Shown here: positions 17,626-26,263 of the stretch, one piece after another
How the letters are laid out: every line of letters begins with the position of its first letter
How positions within the stretch are numbered: the stretch's first letter is position 1
Assembly: GCA_041662745.1 (NCBI GenBank)
Contig: JBAZRV010000005.1
Coordinates: forward strand, 60,001-92,000
Length of the DNA stretch: 32,000 nt
Reading direction: 5' to 3'
Source: Patescibacteria group bacterium
GTDB taxonomy: Bacteria; Patescibacteriota; Patescibacteriia; 2-01-FULL-39-33
Position numbers and translations under genes: made by a program
The notes under the pieces: model-generated
Told to the model about the DNA's origin: nothing
Database searches by the model: none
The model's input: only the letters and a program-made list of their open reading frames with translations

Positions 17626-17664
17626 TTATCTTATTTATATTCTATTTTTCTAAACTATTCTAAG

Positions 17665-18873
17665 CTATTTCAGAGGCGACATGGCGCGGAGCTTCGCGAT
17701 AATCGGCGGCAGTTCCTTAAGCAAGGCATCAACATCGGCTTTCTTAGAATAACGGCCTAAAGTAACGCGTAGCGACCCGTGAGCGACTTCCGGCGGCAAG
17801 CCAATGGCCAGAAGCACATGGCTGGGTTCCAGTGATCCGGACGAACAGGCCGAACCCGTAGAAACGCAAATACCCTTTTGCGACAGCATCAATAAAACGC
17901 TCTCCCCCTCCACCCCCTCAATCACAAAGCTGGCATTATTGGGCAAACGCCTAATTAGGTCTCCGGTAACTCGGCAGTTCTTGATCTTTTTCGGCAAATT
18001 CTTCAGCAAATAATCCCTTAACTTTTTTATTTCCTTAATTTCCTTAACTCTAATTTTCTTGTCAGCAATCAACTCTACGGCTTTGCCCAGGCCGACAATG
18101 CCCGGAACATTGTAAGTGCCGGAACGGACCTGCCCTTGCTGGCCGCCGCCGTAAAATAACGGTTTCAAAGGCGTGCCTTTTCTGACAAACAAAGCACCCA
18201 CGCCCTTGGGTCCGTAAATCTTATGCGCCGATAGCGACAACAGATCAACTTGCAGCTTAGCCGTATCGCAAGCCAAATAAGCCGGAGCTTGCGTGGCGTC
18301 AGTATGGAAATAAATCTTTTGCCGGCGATTCTTGTTCAACTCGCCGATTATCTTACCTATCTCCTCTATGGGCTGGATAGCGCCGATCTCATTGTTGGCC
18401 AGCATAATGGAAACAAAAATCGTGTTATCCTTAATGGCTTTCTTCAATGCCGACGGATCAACTATACCCTTTTCGCCGACCGACAAGAAAGTCACTGCCA
18501 CGCCGGACTTTTCCAAATGTTTGGCCGGCTCCAAAATAGCGTCATGTTCAATGGCCGAGATGATTATATGGGGCTTTTGGCCTGACTTTTCAATAAACCC
18601 TTGCGATAAAACACCCTTAATCACGCCCAGGACAGCCAAATTATCGCTCTCGGTGGCGCCGGAAGTAAAATAAACCTCATCAGTCCGGCAATTCAAAAAC
18701 TTAGCCACCGCGACCCTGGCTTGATCAACCGCTTTGGCGGCAGAAATACCGGCCTGGTGCAGAGAACTGGCATTGCCGAAATTATCCTTAAGGCACGGCT
18801 CCATGGTTTTCACCACTCGCGGATCAACCGGCGCAGTCGCGGCATAATCAAGATAAATTAATTTTTTAGGCAT
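17665..18873 (-). CDS. iscS: Cysteine desulfurase (NifS/IscS, class V aminotransferase)
   Basis: Has the PLP-lysine motif SLSAHKIYGPKGVGALF, the active-site loop SVSTGSACSSGS and the conserved C-terminal region HGSLRVTLGR. Confidence 0.92.
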   Translation of the reverse strand: MPKKLIYLDYAATAPVDPRVVKTMEPCLKDNFGNASSLHQAGISAAKAVDQARVAVAKFLNCRTDEVYFTSGATESDNLAVLGVIKGVLSQGFIEKSGQKPHIIISAIEHDAILEPAKHLEKSGVAVTFLSVGEKGIVDPSALKKAIKDNTIFVSIMLANNEIGAIQPIEEIGKIIGELNKNRRQKIYFHTDATQAPAYLACDTAKLQVDLLSLSAHKIYGPKGVGALFVRKGTPLKPLFYGGGQQGQVRSGTYNVPGIVGLGKAVELIADKKIRVKEIKEIKKLRDYLLKNLPKKIKNCRVTGDLIRRLPNNASFVIEGVEGESVLLMLSQKGICVSTGSACSSGSLEPSHVLLAIGLPPEVAHGSLRVTLGRYSKKADVDALLKELPPIIAKLRAMSPLK

Positions 18874-18920
18874 ATGATTGCAGTTTATGGCGCCTAGCCA
18901 ATGATTGACGATTAAATAAA

Positions 18921-19148
18921 TTAAACGTTTTCAATTTCCTTGACTTCGGGGACGCGTTCCATCACTACTTTGCCGATGCCTTCTTTTAGGGTGATGGCTG
19001 ACATGGGGCAGCCATGGCAAGCGCCTTGCAGGCGCACCGTTAACTTTCCCGACTTTTCATCAAAAGAAATGAATTCCACATCGCCACTGTCCATTTGCAG
19101 ATGCGGTCTGAGTTCGTCCAGCACCGCTTTGATTTTTTGCTCTAACAT
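18921..19148 (-). CDS. NifU C-terminal-like (Nfu) Fe-S carrier domain protein
   Basis: 75 aa, with LRPHLQMDSGDVEF and the CXXC motif GACHGCPMS. Confidence 0.8.
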   Translation of the reverse strand: MLEQKIKAVLDELRPHLQMDSGDVEFISFDEKSGKLTVRLQGACHGCPMSAITLKEGIGKVVMERVPEVKEIENV

Positions 19149-19162
19149 ATTTTGCTTTGTTA

Positions 19163-19555
19163 TTAATCTTTGGTTTGCTTTTTTCCTTCATACTCCTTGA
19201 CTGCGGCGGCCAAAGCGTCGTGCGCCAGAATGGAACAATGCAATTTGGCTTCCGGCAATCCGTCCAATTCATTGGCAATATCCAGCTTGCCGACTTTCAG
19301 GGCTTCGGCAATGGTCTTGCCCTTAACCATTTCAGTCAACATGGACGAGGTGGCGATTGCGGCGCCGCAACCCAAGGTTTCAAATTTGATATCCTTAATG
19401 ACATCCTCGCCTTGCTTATCGGCTTCCACTTTGATGTAAACCTTCATTACATCGCCGCAGACCGGATTGCCGACCTGCCCGACGCCGCTGGCGTTTTCAA
19501 TGACGCCTTGATTGCGGGGGTGGGAAAAATGATCCATGACTTTTTCTGTATACAT
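19163..19555 (-). CDS. iscU: Fe-S cluster scaffold IscU/NifU N-terminal type
   Basis: Has three ligand cysteines in canonical context: GNPVCGDVM, LGCGAAIATSS, KLHCS. Confidence 0.92.
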   Translation of the reverse strand: MYTEKVMDHFSHPRNQGVIENASGVGQVGNPVCGDVMKVYIKVEADKQGEDVIKDIKFETLGCGAAIATSSMLTEMVKGKTIAEALKVGKLDIANELDGLPEAKLHCSILAHDALAAAVKEYEGKKQTKD

Positions 19556-19561
19556 ATTTAA

Positions 19562-19948
19562 TTATATTAAATTGCTTAGCTTATATTTTTTTAGCGTCTT
19601 AATCACATCGCCTTGCACTTGGAGCCAGACGCGGCGAGTCAGGCAATTTTTGGTTGAACAATTGCTAGACATGCATTGATTGACCGCCACTGAACCTTCC
19701 AACGCCTCCACGATCTCCAATAAGTTAATCCGGCCGGCGGAACGCGACAAAGCATAACCGCCTTCGGCGCCCTTGATACTTTTGACCAATTTGGCTTGCT
19801 TCAGCTTGGCAAACAGCTGTTCCAAATAAGACAATGACAAACCGGTAACTCGGGCGATTTCCGCCAAAGAAATCGGACGTTGAGCCTGATTTTCAGCCAA
19901 AATTACCAAAGCCTTAAGCCCATATTCGGTTTTAGTGGTAAACAGCAT
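19562..19948 (-). CDS. Rrf2-family transcriptional regulator (IscR-like)
   Basis: The N-terminal wHTH reads TKTEYGLKALVILA..ISLAEIA..LSLSYLEQLFAKLKQAKLV. The Cys cluster CMSSNCSTKNC has CX4CX4C spacing. It is the first gene of the Fe-S operon. Confidence 0.85.
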   Translation of the reverse strand: MLFTTKTEYGLKALVILAENQAQRPISLAEIARVTGLSLSYLEQLFAKLKQAKLVKSIKGAEGGYALSRSAGRINLLEIVEALEGSVAVNQCMSSNCSTKNCLTRRVWLQVQGDVIKTLKKYKLSNLI

Positions 19949-19962
19949 AATCGTTTAATTCC

Positions 19963-19985
19963 TACTAAATTACTTGGTATTAGTA
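19963..19985. promoter_or_regulatory. Inverted repeat TACTAA-N11-TTAGTA, candidate Rrf2 operator
   Basis: A perfect 6-bp inverted repeat lying between the -10 hexamer and the Rrf2 start codon. It is AT-rich, so a chance occurrence is possible. Confidence 0.35.
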
Positions 19986-20014
19986 TTATAGCAACATAAA
20001 AACCGGCTGTCAAG
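19985..20014 (-). promoter_or_regulatory. sigma70-type promoter TTGACA-18-TATAAT (minus strand) for Fe-S operon
   Basis: Read on the minus strand, TTGACA is at 20014->20009 and TATAAT at 19990->19985. Confidence 0.6.
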
Positions 20015-20022
20015 AGCCGGTT
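19995..20022 (-). terminator. Rho-independent terminator of the C39-like gene
   Basis: On the minus strand, AACCGGCT-cttgac-AGCCGGTT (20022->20001) is followed by TTTTTAT. Confidence 0.7.
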
Positions 20023-20031
20023 TATAATAAG

Positions 20032-20895
20032 CTATCTGCTGACAACAATCATCACTTTCCGCCCCTGGATCATTTCGGCGTCAGTCATGCCATCGGCGGC
20101 CAAAAGCGGATTCCAATCATGCACGGCGTTCAACAATGTGGCATAGCCATAGCGATAACCATTGCCCTTTCTGGTGCCGGGATCATTGGTCACAAACTCG
20201 CTGCCGGTCCAACCCTTAATTACCAACATATGATAAATCGGGCCCGGCGCTTTAAAATTGGGATTACCCAGCAAACGGCCGGCGGCCGGAATCAGAACCA
20301 AACGGCCCTTAAAAATTTCCGTTTTTATCCGTTCCGTTGTCACTTCAGAAACTATTTCGGCTTTTAAACCGAAATATAACTGCAGTACGGTAACGGTTTC
20401 CTCGGCAGTCAGATCAACCTGGTAACCCTTGCCCGATTCCCATTTGACCAGCTTCTGAATTTCTTCTTCCATAATGCTTTCATCCAAAGGCTGAGTCTTA
20501 TAAAACCTGTCGGCCATAATCATGGACGCCTCCTCGCAGGCCTCTTCATGCAAGGCGTCCCAGTTGGCAAAAGGAGCTTGCTGGGCAAAACTGACATTCA
20601 ATTGATAACTCTTGGGCATTGACTGGGCCGGAACGGCAACCGTTCCAGTTTGAGTCGGCTTGGTTGCGATCGGCCGAGTGACGGACTGAGCAGCGGGTTG
20701 AGAATTTTGGGTCGCTGGAGCGGTAAGATTTGAACTGTCCGAAACAGCTGTTGCCGGCGTTGCCGTTGAAAGAGCCGTGATCGGCGTTGCCTGCCTGTCA
20801 CAACCGGCCAAACCAAAAATCATCAGGCTGATGATGCCGAAAACAAAAATATAAAAATTGAAAATATTTTTCTTCATAAGTTTAACATTGTTCAC
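20032..20895 (-). CDS. Secreted/lipoprotein C39-like (papain-fold) peptidase domain protein
   Basis: The signal peptide has lipobox LAGC and is followed by a Pro/Thr/Ala-rich linker. QQAPFANWDALHEEACEEASMIMA is the candidate Cys site; YHMLVIKGW and TNDPGT are the candidate His and Asp sites. Confidence 0.6.
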   Translation of the reverse strand: MNNVKLMKKNIFNFYIFVFGIISLMIFGLAGCDRQATPITALSTATPATAVSDSSNLTAPATQNSQPAAQSVTRPIATKPTQTGTVAVPAQSMPKSYQLNVSFAQQAPFANWDALHEEACEEASMIMADRFYKTQPLDESIMEEEIQKLVKWESGKGYQVDLTAEETVTVLQLYFGLKAEIVSEVTTERIKTEIFKGRLVLIPAAGRLLGNPNFKAPGPIYHMLVIKGWTGSEFVTNDPGTRKGNGYRYGYATLLNAVHDWNPLLAADGMTDAEMIQGRKVMIVVSR

Positions 20896-21559
20896 TATGA
20901 CTTTCTTGTGAGGTAACTATATCAGTCGCCGTACTGCCGGACACTTGTACCGTGCCCAAGTAAAGAGTTTCAGTGCAACATTGCCCATCCATAAAACGGA
21001 AATCATACTTGCTGCTGGCGGTTTCCGTCAGCATAATGCCGTTAAGCTGCTTGATCTTATTATAAACCTCCAAATCGGTTTTCAGCGAATATTTTTGCCG
21101 CAAAAATTCAGCCAACCCCTTATTATCAGCAATCATGCTCTGGATCGCCACTTCCGGTACGGTTATGGCCGAGCCGTAACAGATGCCCGGTTTATATTTA
21201 TCAACCAAATGCATTTTGGCAATCAGTTGCGGGGTGATTACAAATTTGCTCTCAACCGGAACGGAGGCCGAACCGGAACTGCCGGCCAATGCCTGAGCCA
21301 AACTCTGATCGGGATAATAGCGCTTAACCTCGGCCGGCGCCGGCGCGCTGGAATCGGAGGCGGGAACTGTCGCGAGCGACTGGTTAATTGCCGGCGATCC
21401 GACTGCCGGCGCGGTTACTGCCGGAACAGAAGCGGTTGCGGCGGATTGCCGTTCAACGCCGGCAACGGTCAAATCTGTCGGTTTGAATTTTTGATAAACG
21501 CCAAAGCCGATCATTAGAACACACAAAAAAATTATGCTTAAAGTTATAACGTTTTTCAT
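20882..21559 (-). CDS. Hypothetical secreted/membrane-anchored protein
   Basis: An N-terminal TM helix is followed by an Ala/Pro/Ser linker and a ~130-aa domain with cysteines (GICYG, DGQCCTE, terminal C). It overlaps the downstream C39-like gene by 14 nt. Confidence 0.55.
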   Translation of the reverse strand: MKNVITLSIIFLCVLMIGFGVYQKFKPTDLTVAGVERQSAATASVPAVTAPAVGSPAINQSLATVPASDSSAPAPAEVKRYYPDQSLAQALAGSSGSASVPVESKFVITPQLIAKMHLVDKYKPGICYGSAITVPEVAIQSMIADNKGLAEFLRQKYSLKTDLEVYNKIKQLNGIMLTETASSKYDFRFMDGQCCTETLYLGTVQVSGSTATDIVTSQESHSEQC

Positions 21560-21577
21560 AGTAGTGTTACTGCTTAT

Positions 21578-21606
21578 ATTATAACAAAAAACCTATAACT
21601 TGGTAA
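21578..21606 (-). promoter_or_regulatory. Promoter TTACCA-17-TATAAT (minus strand)
   Basis: Read on the minus strand, TTACCA is at 21606->21601 and TATAAT at 21583->21578. It lies 19 nt upstream of the ATG at 21559. Confidence 0.5.
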
Positions 21607-21625
21607 TAGCTATTATTCATACATC

Positions 21626-21660
21626 AAAACCCCGAGGCAGCAAGAGGCGTCGCGGGGTTT
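21626..21660 (-). terminator. Weak hairpin terminator downstream of uvrA
   Basis: CCCCG pairs with CGGGG (21657-21653 and 21634-21630) across a long imperfect loop, followed by a TTTT run on the minus strand. Confidence 0.4.
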
Positions 21661-21680
21661 CTAATTACCCAAATTATATT

Positions 21681-24242
21681 TCATTTCAAATATTTTCTTA
21701 AATAATCACCGGTCAAGCAATCTTTCGCGCCGGTAAGCTGTTCGGGCGTACCCTTGGCTACGACTTTACCGCCATTATCCCCGCCTTCCGGTCCCAGATC
21801 AATCACCCAGTCCGCTTCTTTGATGATATGCATGTTGTGTTCAATCAAAACGACACTATTACCCTTATCAATTAATTTATTTAAAGCTTTAAGCAATAAT
21901 TCAATATCATGGTAATGCAAACCGACCGAGGGCTCGTCCAATAAGTATAAAGTTTTAGCGCCCAAGGTGTGCGTCAATTCGCGAGCCAACTTAATTCTTT
22001 GCGCTTCACCGCCGGACAGGGTGGTGGCTGACTGGCCTAATTGCAGATAACCCAATCCGACTTCTTGCAAAACCTTAAGTTTGTCGGTAATCAGATATTG
22101 GCCGTCAAAATAATCAATTGCTTCGTCAATCGTCAATTGTAGAACTTCGGCGATGTTTTTGTTCTTATATTTGACCTGCAATGTCTCGCGGTTGAATCTT
22201 CTGCTACGGCAAACCTCGCATTCCACCAGCACGGCCGGCAAGAAATGCATTTCAATCAGATTGAATCCGGCGCCGTCGCAAGACTCGCAACGTCCGCCCG
22301 GACGATTGAAAGAAAAGCGCGAAGCAGTGTAAGCGCGTTCGCGGCTGGCCGGCAGCTGGGCAAAAAATTCGCGAATCGGCGTAAAAATTCCGGTATAGGT
22401 GGCGGGGTTGCTTCGCGGCGTCCGGCCGATAGGCGACTGATTTACGATAATCACCTTGTTAATGTATTCGCTGCCGATAATTTTGGCCACACCCCTGATT
22501 TCTTTCCGAAAACCGTGCTTGATTTTCAGTAGATTTTCATATAGGGCATCATAAAGCAGGGTGGACTTGCCGCTGCCGGACACGCCGGTAATGGCAATGA
22601 ATTTCCGCAAGGGAAACTCCACATCAATACTTTTCAAGTTATTGATCTTGGCGCCGATAACCTTGATGGCTTCAGCTTCCTTAAGGCGGCGGCTGCGATC
22701 CAGGTTGATTTCTTTCTCCCCGCGCAAATATTGCAATGTCAAAGAATCGGGGTAATCTTTGCCCTTAAGCAGTTTTTTGGTTTCCCCGACGGCCGTCACT
22801 TCCCCGCCGTGGCGTCCCGCCAAAGGTCCCAAATCTACCAGATAATCCGAGGCCATAATCGTCCGCTCATCATGTTCCACCACGATAACGGTATTATTCT
22901 GATCCCGCAATGATTTTAGGGTTTCAATCAGTTTCTCCGTATCCCTTTCATGCAGGCCGATAGTCGGCTCGTCAAGAACATACAGGGTATGGGACAAATG
23001 CGAACCGATCTGGGAAGCCAGGCGGATTCTCTGAGCCTCGCCGCCTGATAGCGTCTCAGCCTCGCGATCCAGCGTCAAATAATTCAAACCGACCTTAAGC
23101 AAGAAATCCAAACGGGCGCTGATTTCATAAACTACGGTTTCGCCGATAGTCTTCTGACGTTCAGTCATTTTGTTGTAATATTCGGAAAAAAACTTCTGGG
23201 CTTTATCCAGAGACAACGCCGAGGTCTCGGCGATATTTTTGCCGTTGACCCGCACCGACAAGGCATTTTCATTCAAGCGCAAGCCATGGCAAGTCAGGCA
23301 CTCCTCCACGATGCGTTCGTATTTGTTGCCGTCATCATCTTCGTCGGTTTTTTCCCTTTCCACCCATTTTTCTTTCCGGCCCAAACCGTGGCATTCGGGG
23401 CAGGCGCCATGCGGACTATTGAATGAGAACAGGCGCGGCTCCACTTCAGGGAAGGCAAAACCGTCATTGGGGCACGTCCAATTGGAAGACAAGAGGATCT
23501 CCGCCGGTTCTTTATCTTTCTGATTAAAAATCACGCGCACCAAACCCTTGGCATGATCCAAGGCGCTTTCCACGGCTTCAGTCAAACGCGTTTCATCTGC
23601 TAATCTGACTTTATCAATAACAATATCAATGGAATGTTTTTTGTTCTTGCTCAGTTCAATACGTTCGCGTAAAGAATTAATTTTGCCATCCACGCGCGCC
23701 TCGCCAAAACCCAGGGCCAAAAAATCATACAGCATCTGATAATATTCCCCTTTCCTATCCACCACCACCGGCGATAAAATCATAATATTATCCGCGCCCG
23801 ACTCTTCGGCTTTGTTTTTGATGATTTCTATCATCTCATCCAAAGACATCTTAGCGATCTTAGTGCCGCAAACCGGGCAAAATACTTCGCCCAAGCGGGC
23901 ATACAGGACCCGCAGGTAATCGTAAATCTCGGTCAAGGTGCCCACGGTGGAACGGGGGTTATGCGACAGGGCTTTCTGGTCAATACTGATAGCCGGCGCC
24001 AAGCCGACAATTTCGTCCACATCAGCCGGCTTCATTTGGCCCAAAAACTGCCGGGCATAAGGCGACAGCGATTCAATATAACGCCTTTGGCCTTCGGCAA
24101 AAATCGTATCAAAAGCCAGCGACGATTTGCCGCTGCCGGACACGCCGGTCATGACCGTCAACTTGTTATGCGGTATTTCCAACGAAATATTCTTTAAATT
24201 GTGCACCCGCGCGTTGCGGATAATTATCTTATCTTCAGTCAT
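21681..24242 (-). CDS. uvrA: Excinuclease ABC subunit A (UvrA), short form
   Basis: Has two ABC modules (GVSGSGKSS and GVSGSGKST; LSGGEAQRI twice) and zinc modules (CPVCG, CPND..CPECHG, CLTCHG, CESCDG..CEVC). It is 853 aa, against the roughly 940 aa that is usual. Confidence 0.95.
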   Translation of the reverse strand: MTEDKIIIRNARVHNLKNISLEIPHNKLTVMTGVSGSGKSSLAFDTIFAEGQRRYIESLSPYARQFLGQMKPADVDEIVGLAPAISIDQKALSHNPRSTVGTLTEIYDYLRVLYARLGEVFCPVCGTKIAKMSLDEMIEIIKNKAEESGADNIMILSPVVVDRKGEYYQMLYDFLALGFGEARVDGKINSLRERIELSKNKKHSIDIVIDKVRLADETRLTEAVESALDHAKGLVRVIFNQKDKEPAEILLSSNWTCPNDGFAFPEVEPRLFSFNSPHGACPECHGLGRKEKWVEREKTDEDDDGNKYERIVEECLTCHGLRLNENALSVRVNGKNIAETSALSLDKAQKFFSEYYNKMTERQKTIGETVVYEISARLDFLLKVGLNYLTLDREAETLSGGEAQRIRLASQIGSHLSHTLYVLDEPTIGLHERDTEKLIETLKSLRDQNNTVIVVEHDERTIMASDYLVDLGPLAGRHGGEVTAVGETKKLLKGKDYPDSLTLQYLRGEKEINLDRSRRLKEAEAIKVIGAKINNLKSIDVEFPLRKFIAITGVSGSGKSTLLYDALYENLLKIKHGFRKEIRGVAKIIGSEYINKVIIVNQSPIGRTPRSNPATYTGIFTPIREFFAQLPASRERAYTASRFSFNRPGGRCESCDGAGFNLIEMHFLPAVLVECEVCRSRRFNRETLQVKYKNKNIAEVLQLTIDEAIDYFDGQYLITDKLKVLQEVGLGYLQLGQSATTLSGGEAQRIKLARELTHTLGAKTLYLLDEPSVGLHYHDIELLLKALNKLIDKGNSVVLIEHNMHIIKEADWVIDLGPEGGDNGGKVVAKGTPEQLTGAKDCLTGDYLRKYLK

Positions 24243-24264
24243 TTTTTTAAATTATTTTTTTACG

Positions 24265-25080
24265 CTACGTCAACGGGCTTTTGATATTCCTGATGCTCGG
24301 ATTAGTAACATGAGTATAAATTTGCGTGGTGCGGATATTCTGATGCCCCAAAAGTTCTTGCACATAACGAACATCAGTGCTGTTTTCTAACAAGTGGGTG
24401 GCGAAACTGTGGCGCAAACTGTGAAAAGTTGCTTCCTTCTTGATGCTTGACTTTTCAAGCACTTTGGCAAAAATCGCCTGTAAAGTTCTTTCCGTCAATT
24501 TTCCGCCACGTTCACTCTCAAACAGATAGTCATTGCCCGAGCGATCACTGATAAGCGCGGCTAATTTACTTTTAATTTTTTCCGGAACAATCGTCAAGCG
24601 ATCCTTTCGTCCCTTGCCCTGATCCACCTTAAGCGTCAACTCATTAAGAAAAACGTCTTTGATTCTTAAATTAACTGCCTCACTGACTCTAAGTCCGGCG
24701 CCATAAGACAAAGCCAAAATTAGCTTATGTTTCTCATTATCGGTGTTGCTTATCATCAGATTTATTTCCTCCCGGCTCAAAACCACCGGCAACCGCTTAT
24801 TTTTTTTGGCTAATTTAAAATCAATATGTTGAGGCTTTTTTAGAATTTCGCGATAAAAAAACTTAATAGCGTTAAGGCACAAGTTGATCGTCTGAGGGGA
24901 ATAGCCTTTTTCCTGCTTGATTAAAATAAACTCTTTAATTTTAGCGGAATCCGCCGCCATGGGGTTGTCATTTACAAAACATAGAAAGTCATTCAGATAA
25001 TGAATATAACTATTGATGGTCTTTCGGCTGTAGTTCCTGATTTTTAGCTCAATTATTGTTTTATCCGAATAACTTTGCAT
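24265..25080 (-). CDS. Tyrosine recombinase (XerC/XerD / integron-integrase-like)
   Basis: The SAM-like N-domain reads [20 protein letters not shown]. Catalytic residues are [21 protein letters not shown] and [16 protein letters not shown]. The start is placed at the ATG at 25080, because the 30-aa upstream extension in the track ORF runs through promoter-like sequence. Confidence 0.9.
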   Translation of the reverse strand: MQSYSDKTIIELKIRNYSRKTINSYIHYLNDFLCFVNDNPMAADSAKIKEFILIKQEKGYSPQTINLCLNAIKFFYREILKKPQHIDFKLAKKNKRLPVVLSREEINLMISNTDNEKHKLILALSYGAGLRVSEAVNLRIKDVFLNELTLKVDQGKGRKDRLTIVPEKIKSKLAALISDRSGNDYLFESERGGKLTERTLQAIFAKVLEKSSIKKEATFHSLRHSFATHLLENSTDVRYVQELLGHQNIRTTQIYTHVTNPSIRNIKSPLT

Positions 25081-25117
25081 AAATAGGGTAAAAAGGCTAT
25101 AATTTATATGTAAATTG

Positions 25118-25146
25118 ATTATATCAACTATTCGTAAAATAATCAA
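25118..25146 (-). promoter_or_regulatory. Promoter TTGATT-17-TATAAT (minus strand) for the recombinase
   Basis: Read on the minus strand, TTGATT is at 25146->25141 and TATAAT at 25123->25118. Confidence 0.45.
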
Positions 25147-25231
25147 TATCCACACATTATACGAAAACAATTCGCATAAGCGCTAGTTATGTGAAATCTT
25201 AAAAAAACAAACTTTTTATTAATTTAAACTT

Positions 25232-25540
25232 ATGAAACCGTGGTTTAAAAATGGCTGCTGGGGAGTAGCCGTCGCGACGATCTTAGCTTTAGCCTCATGG
25301 ATAATTTGTATTATTGTTTATGCCCCTGATTTTAAATATTGGGCACAACCGCTTTGGTTATTCTTTTCATTTCCCGGGGCAATCATTATCGGAGTCGCTA
25401 TGTTTCTGATGTTTGACTACTATCCCCCGCGCATAATAGATTCATTTTCATTAATTTTAAGTACGGCTATTTCAATGGGAATTTATTTCTTATTTGGCCT
25501 CTTTGTTGGTTGGATAATTAAAAAAATAAAAACATGGTAA
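25232..25540 (+). CDS. Hypothetical small membrane protein (3 TM)
   Basis: 102 aa, with three hydrophobic helices and no recognisable family. Confidence 0.55.
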   Translation: MKPWFKNGCWGVAVATILALASWIICIIVYAPDFKYWAQPLWLFFSFPGAIIIGVAMFLMFDYYPPRIIDSFSLILSTAISMGIYFLFGLFVGWIIKKIKTW

Positions 25541-25623
25541 ATATCGGGATTATAATTTTAGTTATCTTGATAGTGGCCGGCGCAATAATTATGGGTATGA
25601 GGGAAGATAAGCATAACCCATAA
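25534..25623 (+). CDS. Possible 29-aa single-TM micro-protein
   Basis: ATG overlaps the upstream stop (ATGGTAA). The product is MVNIGIIILVILIVAGAIIMGMREDKHNP. It falls below the ORF-track cutoff, has no SD, and is supported only by the overlap and its hydrophobicity. Confidence 0.25.
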   Translation: MVNIGIIILVILIVAGAIIMGMREDKHNP

Positions 25624-25696
25624 AATACTAAAACACGTCGGCAACATTGGCAAAATCAACAAGATGGATTGACACAGATCATCGTTCCGCCTTGTC

Positions 25697-25725
25697 TTGA
25701 CTTTTTTACTTCTCTTGGCTATAAT
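25697..25725 (+). promoter_or_regulatory. sigma70-type promoter TTGACT-17-TATAAT
   Basis: TTGACT at 25697-25702, a 17-nt spacer, and TATAAT at 25720-25725. Confidence 0.65.
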
Positions 25726-25813
25726 AAATAATCAGAGCAAAAAGAACCTTAAAATCCAAATAACCCATGGTAAGCGACTTTTTAGATCAATGCCACATGG
25801 AAGGAGGTTAATA

Positions 25814-26263
25814 ATGAACTCCAAGATTTTCAAAAAGCCGTATATCAAAGTGGAAATCACCGACACTGCCGTGTCGGGCAGTATGTTGTTTAGAAAACTG
25901 GGATCATGGTGCGAGGCGGAATCGTCGGTTCTAATGTGGGAAACAACCTACGAAGAAGCGCCCCTGCAACAATACTTTGCCACTACGGGAAGCAATGCGG
26001 GGAAAAAAACTGATACTGCCGGCGGTAATTGGAGAATTGAATTCCAATTTGTCCGAGTCAACACTGGCGCTGAAAGAGGGTTTTTTGATGGCGCGATTAT
26101 CATTGCCGGATTCATCAAGAACACTTTGGAAGCGACCAACGATGAATCGCAACCGGCTTATTTATTATCAATTAATTCCCGATCATTGAAGGGCGAGCAA
26201 ACATTCTTATCCGCCCCCGATCTCTGGAAGACGCTCACTAATTTGGGAGTGAAAAAAACTTAG
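25814..26263 (+). CDS. Hypothetical soluble protein (149 aa)
   Basis: The ATG at 25814 is preceded by GGAAGGAGG (25799-25807). It has no TM helix and no family was recognised. Confidence 0.6.
   Translation: MNSKIFKKPYIKVEITDTAVSGSMLFRKLGSWCEAESSVLMWETTYEEAPLQQYFATTGSNAGKKTDTAGGNWRIEFQFVRVNTGAERGFFDGAIIIAGFIKNTLEATNDESQPAYLLSINSRSLKGEQTFLSAPDLWKTLTNLGVKKT

Noticed and set aside
24243-24264. AT-rich similarity between the recombinase/uvrA junction (ttttttaaattattttttt) and the cysS 3' end (27081-27100, ttttttttaatttat), considered as possible att direct repeats.
   Set aside because: The match is low-complexity and imperfect, and the second copy is ordinary coding sequence (..KLKKI stop). It is not convincing as attL/attR.
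25081-25170. A 30-aa N-terminal extension of the recombinase in the track ORF.
   Set aside because: The extension covers promoter-like hexamers and encodes an implausible hydrophobic, AT-driven peptide. The SAM-like domain begins right after Met31.
25697-25813. The 188-aa version of the ORF, starting at TTG 25697.
   Set aside because: That TTG is the first base of a TTGACT-17-TATAAT promoter. The ATG at 25814 has a strong GGAGG SD.
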